NCBI GenBank assembly: GCA_021163205.1
Contig: JAGGXF010000003.1
Span: forward strand, 1,200 to 65,199
DNA: 64,000 nucleotides
DNA from: Candidatus Aenigmatarchaeota archaeon
Lineage (GTDB): Archaea; Aenigmatarchaeota; Aenigmatarchaeia; GW2011-AR5; JAGGXF01
Direction: 5' to 3'
This document shows, piece by piece, positions 8,758 to 17,399 of the stretch; the first letter of the stretch is position 1, and every line of letters begins with the position of its first letter. A model generated the notes under the pieces. The model was given only the letters and a program-made list of their open reading frames with translations, was not told where the DNA came from and did not search any database. The translations under genes and the position numbers were made by a program.

Positions 8758-9076
8758 TCATACCCCTCCGTCTGCTGTTTGTTGCCTTTTGATTTATCTA
8801 TCTTGTCCTAAAATCTTTCCTAAATCTTTTAATGCTTATGACAGCCTTTTAAATAAAGATTATACGTGGATGGTATATAAAATTTTTTAAATGATAATCT
8901 TGCTCAGAAGATAAGCTAATTCAACATAATTGGGATTGCTCCCGGTTTCCTACTAAAATTTCAGAGAGTTAGAATATATCATCGACAAAAGTCGAAATAC
9001 AAATCTTTTTATACCAAAAGTGTATAACTATAAAAAATATATATAAAAATTATTATCATAAAGTAGTAATATTCAG

Positions 9077-11572
9077 GTGTCGGAGATGGAAATCGGGACA
9101 CATAACAAAGCTTATGAAAATGGACCTAATTTAGATAGTGATTCAACTGAGATCATAAATAAGGTACTTTCTACGAATAAAACCAACCCATTTGAATACA
9201 TCTCTCAATTGAAGAACTATTCTGAATTCTTTGAAAATAAAAACGAAAAAGAGCTCCTTAAAGAAAGATTACCAGAAATTGTTGGTTATAATAATGTATA
9301 TGAAGAAATCACAGACAGAACAACAGCCGCGCTCGCTCTTATAAAAGATGCCATCGCCATCAAAGACTATGACGCGCTGAAGAGCTTCTCTAAGGAATTT
9401 GGGATATCATACGAAAAACTTCTCAAACTGGGGGAGAATATGGATGAGATAGAAAAGACCGTCCGAAGATATATTAGAGGCCTAGTAAAAGAGGAGCTAT
9501 CAGAAGCCAGGGAAAAAGTTAGAAACGAATCAGCGTTGTTGAAAAGGCTCGAAGACCCCGCATATGAAGCAGAGCTTATGAAATATCCGGCCTATCAGTG
9601 GGGTAAACTCTTGAAAGAACTTGAAGATGGGGTAAACAAAGGTTACATAAAGACAGATGATTATGGAAGATACATTCTCGAGCATAATGGAGAGCCGTTC
9701 GCATTGGTTGACCCAGAATACGGTATAATAACAGACAAACCAAATAAAATCTTCGGATGGGACCCAACCTACGACAGACTGGGAAACTATGCAGTTCCCA
9801 CAAAACAGTATCTTATTGATGTTGACAGAGAAGTTGAAATACCAGACTACATTATTGAGGACGTCAAGAAAGATTCTGAGCTAAAAGAAGTGAAAACGAT
9901 AAGAGACCTTCTCAAACTAAGGCCAAAAATTGCAAAGAAATTGGGCATATATGGAGAAAAACACATAGACCCGAAAAAACTAGAAAGCTTCATCTATCTT
10001 TCTGGCAAAAAATCAAGTCTTTGGAAAAAGATAGCATCAGTTCTCATTCCTGCAGCGTTTGTTACTGCAGGTCTTGGCTGTTTGAATGGTCCAAAAGAAA
10101 CAAACCCAACCACAACACCGCAGGTAACTACAGCGCCACCGACTGATACAACACCGCCCACATCAGCAGCGCCAACAACACCAGTGAAAACGCCATCGAC
10201 AACTCCACACGTGACAACAACCGTACCGCCAACAACAACCCCAGCCCCGGACTATGTAGGACCTTATCTGGATGTTTTGGGATTGCCAAGAACACCCGAG
10301 ACAGAAAAAGAAATTAATGAATACTTGATTGAAAAGAATATCAGTCCAGAAGATGTTGGAAAGGTTTTGAAGGAGTTATCAAACTATGGTTTTGTGTCTG
10401 ATAAAGAGGTTCATGATTGGATAACAGACGAGAGACTAACCATACCTGAGATAGCAAATATGTACGAACTAATAGAAGACGGTGCATCCACTGATGTTGC
10501 ACTTTTCTTGGGAGAATATAATGATTGGATAAAGAAGCTGCCGAATTATGAAGAGGTTTTGAAAACATTAAATAACCTCGACCCGAGAGATAAGAAATAT
10601 CTGTTTATACATCCCATGACCGAAGGACGTGTAGAGGCGGCTGATGTCTTCTCGGATTGGTGTAATGGTCAGTATGGTCGGTATGTTACTAATAAAGAAA
10701 ATATAACAGAATTTTCTGCACTTTCAATAATTTATTATTTACCAGCCAGCGAAGGACCAAAGAAAAAAATACTTAGCAGAATGGAAGAAAATTTTAAACA
10801 ATATCCGAAAGATAGACTTGACATGGTGGCAAAAGACCGAAGGGCGTTGTTCTTCCTTTTATACAATATGCACCCTACCCAATTAAATTTTGGATTTGAT
10901 ATAGATAATCAAACAGAAAGTATTATATATCCAGAAACTATCGAAAAAGCCCAGGATGCTGGAAAAATTGTAGATTTGAATCCAGATAATTTAACAGACG
11001 ATGAACTTGGTAGAATTTTCTACTATGTTGCCACAACTGTCAATGGGGGCAGAGAGCTGAGGGGGGATGCAAAAAAACTAGACAAGGCTTTTGATTTGTT
11101 TTTGAAAAGAGAAGAAGATTTTGGAGACTGTCAAGTTGACTCTGCTATATTTTCAAATATTATAAACAATAGCATTCCTTTTGATGGAGAGGGTAATTCA
11201 ATCGCCATAACAACTTTAAATTATGAGAAATTGACTGAAAGATTCGCACCAAGAGATCACGCCTCCCCACTAATTTTAAAAGAGGATAAGAATGGGGACA
11301 TAAATTGTTATGTTCCTTGGTATGATAAGCATAAGAAAAAAATTATTCTTGTTCGTGCAAAATTTTCAGGTTCTTATAGATTTATTTCTCCATATCTACT
11401 TTTAATTGAATATGGAACAGATGAGTATGGAAAGCCTATGCCTATAGTGCATCAATATATAAAAGGGTCTCGAACAGAATTAATAAAACTGCCTGAAGTT
11501 GATATAGATTCGGAGGGACTTGTAAACGAAATCTTTAAGTCAGGCGAAAAATTAATCAGAGCCTGGGATTGA
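9077..11572 (+). CDS. large single-pass membrane protein with Pro/Thr-rich linker; function unknown
   Basis: 831 aa. Has an N-terminal ~315-aa coiled-coil-rich domain and a TM helix (IASVLIPAAFVTAGLGCLNG). A ~60-aa low-complexity T/P linker (TTTPQVTTAPPTDTTPPTSAAPTTPVKTPSTTPHVTTTVPPTTTPAP) follows, then a ~430-aa C-terminal domain. The start may be GTG 9077 or ATG 9086. Confidence 0.6.
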   Translation: MSEMEIGTHNKAYENGPNLDSDSTEIINKVLSTNKTNPFEYISQLKNYSEFFENKNEKELLKERLPEIVGYNNVYEEITDRTTAALALIKDAIAIKDYDALKSFSKEFGISYEKLLKLGENMDEIEKTVRRYIRGLVKEELSEAREKVRNESALLKRLEDPAYEAELMKYPAYQWGKLLKELEDGVNKGYIKTDDYGRYILEHNGEPFALVDPEYGIITDKPNKIFGWDPTYDRLGNYAVPTKQYLIDVDREVEIPDYIIEDVKKDSELKEVKTIRDLLKLRPKIAKKLGIYGEKHIDPKKLESFIYLSGKKSSLWKKIASVLIPAAFVTAGLGCLNGPKETNPTTTPQVTTAPPTDTTPPTSAAPTTPVKTPSTTPHVTTTVPPTTTPAPDYVGPYLDVLGLPRTPETEKEINEYLIEKNISPEDVGKVLKELSNYGFVSDKEVHDWITDERLTIPEIANMYELIEDGASTDVALFLGEYNDWIKKLPNYEEVLKTLNNLDPRDKKYLFIHPMTEGRVEAADVFSDWCNGQYGRYVTNKENITEFSALSIIYYLPASEGPKKKILSRMEENFKQYPKDRLDMVAKDRRALFFLLYNMHPTQLNFGFDIDNQTESIIYPETIEKAQDAGKIVDLNPDNLTDDELGRIFYYVATTVNGGRELRGDAKKLDKAFDLFLKREEDFGDCQVDSAIFSNIINNSIPFDGEGNSIAITTLNYEKLTERFAPRDHASPLILKEDKNGDINCYVPWYDKHKKKIILVRAKFSGSYRFISPYLLLIEYGTDEYGKPMPIVHQYIKGSRTELIKLPEVDIDSEGLVNEIFKSGEKLIRAWD

Positions 11573-11603
11573 AAATTAACTGATTTCTATTAAACCAGAA
11601 GAC

Positions 11604-11648
11604 TCTTTTTGGGCGCTTTAAATAAAGCTGAAGCCTCTCGGCCGAGAG
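11604..11648 (+). terminator. oligo-T run followed by 14-nt perfect palindrome downstream of the 831-aa gene
   Basis: TTTTT at 11604-11608. CTCTCGGCCGAGAG at 11635-11648 is a perfect inverted repeat. Both lie 30-75 nt after the stop at 11572. Confidence 0.3.
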
Positions 11649-11736
11649 ATAATAGAGTAAAAACTGGCGCTGTCAGACAATAAAAAGATTATGCGCCTAT
11701 GCGCGACCGAAAGCTGAGCCTCCGGTACTTGTTTTA

Positions 11737-11764
11737 TATCAGCACTAGTTGGCTTTTGAAGAAT
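11737..11764. repeat. 28-bp direct repeat, copy 1 (TATCAGCACTAGTTGGCTTTTGAAGAAT)
   Basis: Identical 28-mer recurs at 14166-14193. The two copies bracket a three-gene cassette. Confidence 0.9.
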
Positions 11765-11916
11765 CCCCTTTAATATTGAATAGAATTGACTCGTTCCGTC
11801 ATTTTCTTAATAGAAAGAAAAAATAAAGGTCAAAAAACAAGTAAAGTAGAAGTCTTGGCTTTCGGCTCTTTCTTGATATTTTCAAGGTTGCTCATAAAGT
11901 TGTTAGAAACCGCCTA

Positions 11917-12306
11917 TCAAATAGTAGGTCCTGGACCAATATCTATGCAGCGACAGCAATAATCTTCTCCTGGCAAGTCTGGGTCGCAATCCTCTTCATA
12001 CCCAATACACTTGAGCGTGCCAACACTTCTACATGATGTCGAATCATCTACACACAAATAACCTGTGTTGCATTTAGTAACACCCTGGCTTTGCTCTTGC
12101 TCGGCTTTCACAACCTCTATGTCTTGCCAATCGGTCTCCCCGGCAGAATAATAACAGCACTGGTCGGGCTTAGAAGAACCATAAGAACTTCTTACGGATT
12201 CTGGGTCGTATGGCGGCGTCAACGACGCCAAATAAAAGAAGTAAGGCACGCAGCCGCACTCGCTGTAGCATTTCTGGCCTTCAGGACATGTGTCGTCATA
12301 CTTCAC
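11917..12306 (-). CDS. Cys-rich hypothetical protein (15 Cys in 129 aa), GC-rich relative to surroundings
   Basis: ORF MKYDDTCPEGQKCYSECGCVPYFFY...DYCCRCIDIGPGPTI has CC and CxC motifs throughout. Local GC content is visibly higher than the flanks. No signal peptide is evident. The coding status is uncertain. Confidence 0.4.
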   Translation of the reverse strand: MKYDDTCPEGQKCYSECGCVPYFFYLASLTPPYDPESVRSSYGSSKPDQCCYYSAGETDWQDIEVVKAEQEQSQGVTKCNTGYLCVDDSTSCRSVGTLKCIGYEEDCDPDLPGEDYCCRCIDIGPGPTI

Positions 12307-12378
12307 GATCCAATACTTAAGAGCAAGTTCTTTCTATTATTTAAGATAATTTTTAATACATAGAAATTAATTTATTTC

Positions 12379-13080
12379 ATGCTCTCCGTGATTCTGCCAG
12401 TTCACAACGAAGAAGAAAATCTTAAGCGGAATTTCTATAAAATTTATAAAAGTTTTGTTGGTCTTGGCGAAAAATTCGAAATCATAATTGCTGAGGACGG
12501 CTCTACTGACAACAGCCCAAAAATCTGCGAAAAATTTAAAAAGGAATTCAAAAATGTAAGGCACATTCACAGCAATACTAAACTGGGCAAAGGAAAGGCT
12601 CTTACTAATGCCATTCTAAAATCAAAAGGAAACAAGATCTGCTTTATGGACATAGACCTTTCGGCAGATCTTAGACACATTAAAAAAATAATAAAATGCC
12701 TGGAAACAAATGATATTTGCATCGGTTCTAGATATTCGAGAAGGAGCAAAAGATTTGGCAGTATGAAAAGGCTCTTGTTAAGCAGAGTATACAACTTTCT
12801 GGTAAGGATGGTTCTTGGCTCCAAAATCAGTGACCATCAGTGCGGTTTCAAGGCTTTTCGCAAAAAAAGTGTTCTGCCGATTTTGAAAAGGATGAAAAGC
12901 AAAAGCTTTTTCTGGGACACGGAAATGCTTGTTCTGGCGCAAAGAGCGCGCCTGAAGATAAAAGAAATTCCTGTTGTCTGGAGGGAGGGAAAAGACACGC
13001 GAGTAGATGTCATCAAGGACAGCATCTCAATGTTCTATGGAATAATAGAACTGAGAAAAAGATTGTCTAAAGGGTTGTAA
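12379..13080 (+). CDS. family 2 glycosyltransferase (dolichyl-phosphate sugar synthase-like)
   Basis: 233 aa. MLSVILPVHNEEENL...IIAEDGSTDNS...MDIDLSAD carries the GT2 DxD/ED signature of the DPM1-like architecture. Confidence 0.8.
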   Translation: MLSVILPVHNEEENLKRNFYKIYKSFVGLGEKFEIIIAEDGSTDNSPKICEKFKKEFKNVRHIHSNTKLGKGKALTNAILKSKGNKICFMDIDLSADLRHIKKIIKCLETNDICIGSRYSRRSKRFGSMKRLLLSRVYNFLVRMVLGSKISDHQCGFKAFRKKSVLPILKRMKSKSFFWDTEMLVLAQRARLKIKEIPVVWREGKDTRVDVIKDSISMFYGIIELRKRLSKGL

Positions 13081-14107
13081 TAAAATTCTTGAAAAAGGTC
13101 AGCGCTGTTTCAAAAACTCGCGGGCCGAACATGTTTTGCGTGCAATAATAACAGCTGAAAACGCATCCCTCGCATTTGTGCGCGAGCCTTTTCCTTTTTT
13201 CATGGAACTCCTTGCTACCATACCATTCCAAAAAATCCTTGTCAAGAATATTTTTTTCCATAGAAAAATCCTGGCATATATAAAATTCTCCGTCAGGCAT
13301 TATATCGAAAAAAACCAAACCGGCCTTGCAGTTCCACTTGTTCTTCTGGCTTATGAGATATTTCTCAGACAAACGCAGATAATAAGGCGGGGTCATCATG
13401 CCAGAAGAGAAGTATTGTCTTTTCAACAGCGAATATGTTTTTTTGACATCTTCAGAGTTCAGGTAACCATCACCTCTTGGCCTGAATCCATAATCGTCAG
13501 AATAGTGAGAATACATCACAGGTGACAAAAAGATATTAACACCAAGTGACTTGGCGAAGCTGACTATTTCAGGCAACTCTTTTATGTTTTTTTCTGTGAC
13601 CATCGTACTTATGTTAATGTTCTGTCCTTTTGCCTTATTTTTGGCGAGAAATTTAAGATTTTTCATGACCGTATCAAAATGTCCCCGTTGTGCATTATGA
13701 ACCTCTCTTTTTAGCGAATCCAATGATATTGATATTAAGTTTATTTTCGTGTCCAGCAGCCTTTTGTACATATGCTGAGGCATAGTGCCGTTGCTTGTTA
13801 TTTGTGTCCAAAAGCCTCTTTTGTTTGCATATTCTATGAGGTCAAAAATATCTGGGTTCAACAGGGGTTCGCCACCTGTAAAAGATATCTGGACAACGCC
13901 CATTCTATCCAGTATGTCGATAATCCTGATGAAACCTTCCTTGGATAATTCTTTGGGTATGACTTTTTCTCTAACACCACAATACTTGCACCTCAGATTG
14001 CATCTTTTGGTGACATGCAAATGCGCAAAAAAAGGTTTGTTTCGTAAAAAAAAGTTTCTGCTAGTCCTTAGCAATATCTTTGCAGTTTTAGCTGAAAAAT
14101 CAAACAA
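13067..14107 (-). CDS. radical SAM enzyme with C-terminal SPASM domain
   Basis: 346 aa. HVTKRCNLRCKYCGV (CxxxCxxC). The C-terminus CKAGLVFFDIMPDGEFYICQD...CEGCVFSCYYCTQ has SPASM-type auxiliary-cluster cysteines. Overlaps the GT2 gene end by 14 nt (convergent). Confidence 0.75.
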   Translation of the reverse strand: MFDFSAKTAKILLRTSRNFFLRNKPFFAHLHVTKRCNLRCKYCGVREKVIPKELSKEGFIRIIDILDRMGVVQISFTGGEPLLNPDIFDLIEYANKRGFWTQITSNGTMPQHMYKRLLDTKINLISISLDSLKREVHNAQRGHFDTVMKNLKFLAKNKAKGQNINISTMVTEKNIKELPEIVSFAKSLGVNIFLSPVMYSHYSDDYGFRPRGDGYLNSEDVKKTYSLLKRQYFSSGMMTPPYYLRLSEKYLISQKNKWNCKAGLVFFDIMPDGEFYICQDFSMEKNILDKDFLEWYGSKEFHEKRKRLAHKCEGCVFSCYYCTQNMFGPRVFETALTFFKNFITTL

Positions 14108-14165
14108 AAAATCACCTGTAATTATTATCTATAATTAAGCTAGATAATTAAAATCTTTGCCACAC

Positions 14166-14193
14166 TATCAGCACTAGTTGGCTTTTGAAGAAT
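14166..14193. repeat. 28-bp direct repeat, copy 2 (TATCAGCACTAGTTGGCTTTTGAAGAAT)
   Basis: Perfect match to 11737-11764. Lies 59 nt upstream of the radical SAM/SPASM gene start. Confidence 0.9.
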
Positions 14194-14339
14194 AAATATA
14201 ATCAGCAAAGAAATAGCTTTTATAAACTTGATGAAAATATTAATTATTGATATGCCTGACATTGCTTCACTCTATGAGTGAGCAACGCTGGGCTAATTTT
14301 TCGTTCAAAACTTACTCCCTATAGTGATTGTTTATTTTA

Positions 14340-15779
14340 TTATCCTTTCATAACAGCCAAAGGCACAAGCTTTGCAACAAGCTTTGCTATGCCCAAAGCA
14401 TCTGAAACGCGCACAACTTCGTCTATATCTTTGTAAGCTTTTGGCGCTTCCTCTGCCAAAACCTTCCACGAAGCAGAACGAACAAGTATATTCTGCTTTT
14501 CCAACTCTTCCTTAACCTTTTCACCACGCGTGGTTCTTAACATCTGTGCCCGACTAGAGACCCTGCCTGCGCCATGCGCCGTAGAGCCGAATGTAAGATT
14601 CATCGCCTCTTTTGTTCCATGAAGCACATAAGATGCAGTACCCATTGAACCGGGAATAAGAACAGGTTGTCCAACTTTTCTGTACACAGCAGGAACATCT
14701 TCATGTCCTGGTGGAAAACTTCGTGTCGCACCTTTTCTGTGAACATAAACTTTTCTTGTTTCACCGTCTATTTTATGCTTCTCAACTTTGCCAATGTTGT
14801 GACAAACATCATAAACAATATGCATACCTAGGTCTTCTGCGCTCTGGCCAATTACTTTTTGGAAAGCCTCGCGTGTCCAGTGGGTTATTAATTGACGATT
14901 GCACCATGCAAAGTTGGCAGCACATTTCATAGCTTCATAGTACTCTGCACAGGTGTCTGTTCCGGCCGGAGCATAAATGAGCTCTCGGTCCGGAAGCTTA
15001 GAAACGATGTCATTAAATTTATTTTCCATCTCCCTCAGATAATCTGTACAAACTTGATGACCAAATCCCCGAGAACCGGTATGAATCATAATACAGACTT
15101 GACCTTTTTCAAGACCAAAAACCTTAGCAACATCCTCGTTAAATATGTCTTTTATAAGTTGTATCTCCACAAAATGATTTCCTGCACCTGTTGTTCCTAT
15201 TTGCTCTTTACCGCGCTTAAGAGCCTTGTCAGAAACAGTGTCTGTATCAGCAAGCATGCTTCCATTCTCTTCTAGAAACTTCGGGTCTTCCTTCCAAGCA
15301 TATCCTTGTTCGACGGCCCACTTAACGCCTTTAGCAAGCGGCTCTAAAAGTTCTGACTTGCTCAATCGCAGCTTACCTGCCCGCCCAACCCCAGACGGTA
15401 TGTTTTTGAAAATCGTGTCCAGAAGCTCTTTGAGGTGTGGCTTAATATCGCTAAGCGTAAGGTTTGTGCGAATAATTCGAACGCCACAATTGATATCAAA
15501 ACCTATACCTCCGGGCGAAAGCCCACCTTTTTCATAATCAAGAGCAGCAACACCACCTATTGGAAAACCATATCCCTGATGACAGTCAGGTAATGCTATT
15601 GAATACTTATATATTCCAGGCAACGCAGCAACATTTTTAGTCTGCTCTATTGTGTTGTCCCCCTTTATTTTTTCAATAAGCTTTTCAGATGCAAAAATCC
15701 GACCAGGAACATTCATTTGACCTTCCTTCGGTATCTCCCAGACCATATCATTTATCTTTTTCAATTCCATAACCACCAC
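14340..15779 (-). CDS. rtcB: RNA-splicing ligase RtcB
   Basis: 479 aa. Motifs GIGFDINCGVR, HTGSRGFGHQV and NHAGAGR-like. Full-length with no intein. Confidence 0.9.
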   Translation of the reverse strand: MVVMELKKINDMVWEIPKEGQMNVPGRIFASEKLIEKIKGDNTIEQTKNVAALPGIYKYSIALPDCHQGYGFPIGGVAALDYEKGGLSPGGIGFDINCGVRIIRTNLTLSDIKPHLKELLDTIFKNIPSGVGRAGKLRLSKSELLEPLAKGVKWAVEQGYAWKEDPKFLEENGSMLADTDTVSDKALKRGKEQIGTTGAGNHFVEIQLIKDIFNEDVAKVFGLEKGQVCIMIHTGSRGFGHQVCTDYLREMENKFNDIVSKLPDRELIYAPAGTDTCAEYYEAMKCAANFAWCNRQLITHWTREAFQKVIGQSAEDLGMHIVYDVCHNIGKVEKHKIDGETRKVYVHRKGATRSFPPGHEDVPAVYRKVGQPVLIPGSMGTASYVLHGTKEAMNLTFGSTAHGAGRVSSRAQMLRTTRGEKVKEELEKQNILVRSASWKVLAEEAPKAYKDIDEVVRVSDALGIAKLVAKLVPLAVMKG

Positions 15780-15796
15780 CCTTCTGAATGTGTAAA

Positions 15797-16237
15797 CTAT
15801 GTGTCGACTATAACTTGAACTCTATATCCACCGTCTGTTTTTTTTATCTCCATCTTATGATACGTTATTGCTTTGACCTCTCCACGTATCTCGTGCCTAG
15901 CTAAATCTTCTCCACGTGCAACAGCATCCAAAAGCCATTTACTATCGGCACGAGTTATAGTTACAACAAATTCACCAAAAACAACATGCTCCGTGTCAAA
16001 TATGAATAAAATCTCTGACAACCAGTCATAGAGCAGTGCCTTATCGTCTCGAGCTTCTACATGAATTTTTCTTTCCATCTTTTTATTTATCTTCGATGTA
16101 TCTGTTATTATTTCTGTCATCGCCAACGCTGCATTAGCAAAAGCCTGTTCCAATGTATTGCCAAAAGCCGCAAAAGCACGATCTGCTGTCGCGATGTCAA
16201 GAAACTCATATCTTTTCTCCATTTTATCATACCACAA
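15797..16237 (-). CDS. archease (RtcB activator)
   Basis: 146 aa. MEKRYEFLDIATADRAFAAFGNTLEQAFANAALAM is the archease N-terminal motif. Located immediately upstream of rtcB. Confidence 0.8.
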   Translation of the reverse strand: MWYDKMEKRYEFLDIATADRAFAAFGNTLEQAFANAALAMTEIITDTSKINKKMERKIHVEARDDKALLYDWLSEILFIFDTEHVVFGEFVVTITRADSKWLLDAVARGEDLARHEIRGEVKAITYHKMEIKKTDGGYRVQVIVDT

Positions 16238-16321
16238 ATATCTTATGAAGGAAATATTTGCTATCTTTCACTATAAGTGTTGGTTAGAACCTTTTTAACT
16301 CTTATGTGTGATTAATTAAAT

Positions 16322-17380
16322 ATGTCTCCGGATATCAAAAAAATCCTTGCAGAAAAGAAGCCAATTATAGACAAAATAATAGAAAAATGGATCCCAAGAG
16401 CGTATGATGAAAAAACTTTGGCTAGGACAGCGGGAACAGGAAACTATGACATAGATGCTGTAAACAAGGTTATAACAGAACCTATTTGGGATTTGCTGGA
16501 TAGAGGCGGCAAACGCTGGCGACCTACCTTGATGCTGCTTATAATAGAGGCACTGGGCAAAGACCCTGAGGAATACATGGACTTTGCGGCTATACCAGAG
16601 CTTATTCATAACGGCACGCTGATGGTAGATGACATAGAAGATGACTCTGAACTAAGAAGGGGAAAGCCATGCACTCATAAAAAATTCGGAATAGACATCT
16701 CAATAAATGCGGGAAATATGCTTTATTATCTGCCTATGCAGATTGTTCTTAAAAGCAGGTTAAGCCCAGAAAAAAAATCTAAGATATACGACACATATAT
16801 TCAGGAGATGATCAACATCTCATTTGGCCAAGGGTTTGATATAGCATGGCATCGTGGCCTTGGAAAAGCCGATGATATTACAGAAGCTCAATATCTACAG
16901 ATGTGTGCATTTAAGACAGGCACACTTGCGCGCATGGCTGCAAAGCTGGGTGCGATACTGGCGGATGCTGATGATAAAACAATAGAAAAAATCGGTCGCT
17001 TTGCTGAAACCATAGGTGTGGCATTTCAGATACAAGATGACATACTCAACATTCAACCAACCAAAGAGTGGGGCAAAGAAATCGGAGATGACATAAACGA
17101 AGGTAAACGCACACTCATGGTCATACATACACTGAAAAAAGCAAGCGATGAAGATAAAAAAAGGCTTATCCAAATCCTGAACATGCATACAAAGGACCCC
17201 GAACTTATCAAAGAAGCTATAGACATTATGAAAAAATACGGTTCGATTAAATATGCGAAGGAATACGCAAGAAAAATGGTTGGTGATGCATGGAAAGATG
17301 TTGAAAAAATCCTTCCCGAGTCAGATGCCAAAAAAATACTAAAAAGCTTTGCAGAATTTCTAATCGAGAGAGAAATATGA
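16322..17380 (+). CDS. idsA: geranylgeranyl diphosphate synthase (trans-polyprenyl synthetase)
   Basis: 352 aa. First aspartate-rich motif LMVDDIEDDSELRRGKP (DDxxD). Second motif FQIQDDILN. Confidence 0.85.
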   Translation: MSPDIKKILAEKKPIIDKIIEKWIPRAYDEKTLARTAGTGNYDIDAVNKVITEPIWDLLDRGGKRWRPTLMLLIIEALGKDPEEYMDFAAIPELIHNGTLMVDDIEDDSELRRGKPCTHKKFGIDISINAGNMLYYLPMQIVLKSRLSPEKKSKIYDTYIQEMINISFGQGFDIAWHRGLGKADDITEAQYLQMCAFKTGTLARMAAKLGAILADADDKTIEKIGRFAETIGVAFQIQDDILNIQPTKEWGKEIGDDINEGKRTLMVIHTLKKASDEDKKRLIQILNMHTKDPELIKEAIDIMKKYGSIKYAKEYARKMVGDAWKDVEKILPESDAKKILKSFAEFLIEREI

Positions 17381-17399
17381 ATCAAGCCAGACAACATCG

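Noticed and set aside
8394-8811. Overlapping + strand ORFs (79 and 96 aa) opposite the eS26 gene
   Set aside because: The minus-strand frame gives a convincing eS26 zinc-ribbon protein. The + frames are featureless.
11581-11916. Possible ncRNA or CRISPR-like structure in the 345-bp gap after the 831-aa gene
   Set aside because: It contains only one 14-nt palindrome and one copy of the 28-bp repeat, with no repeat-spacer periodicity. Treated as terminator plus cassette boundary instead.
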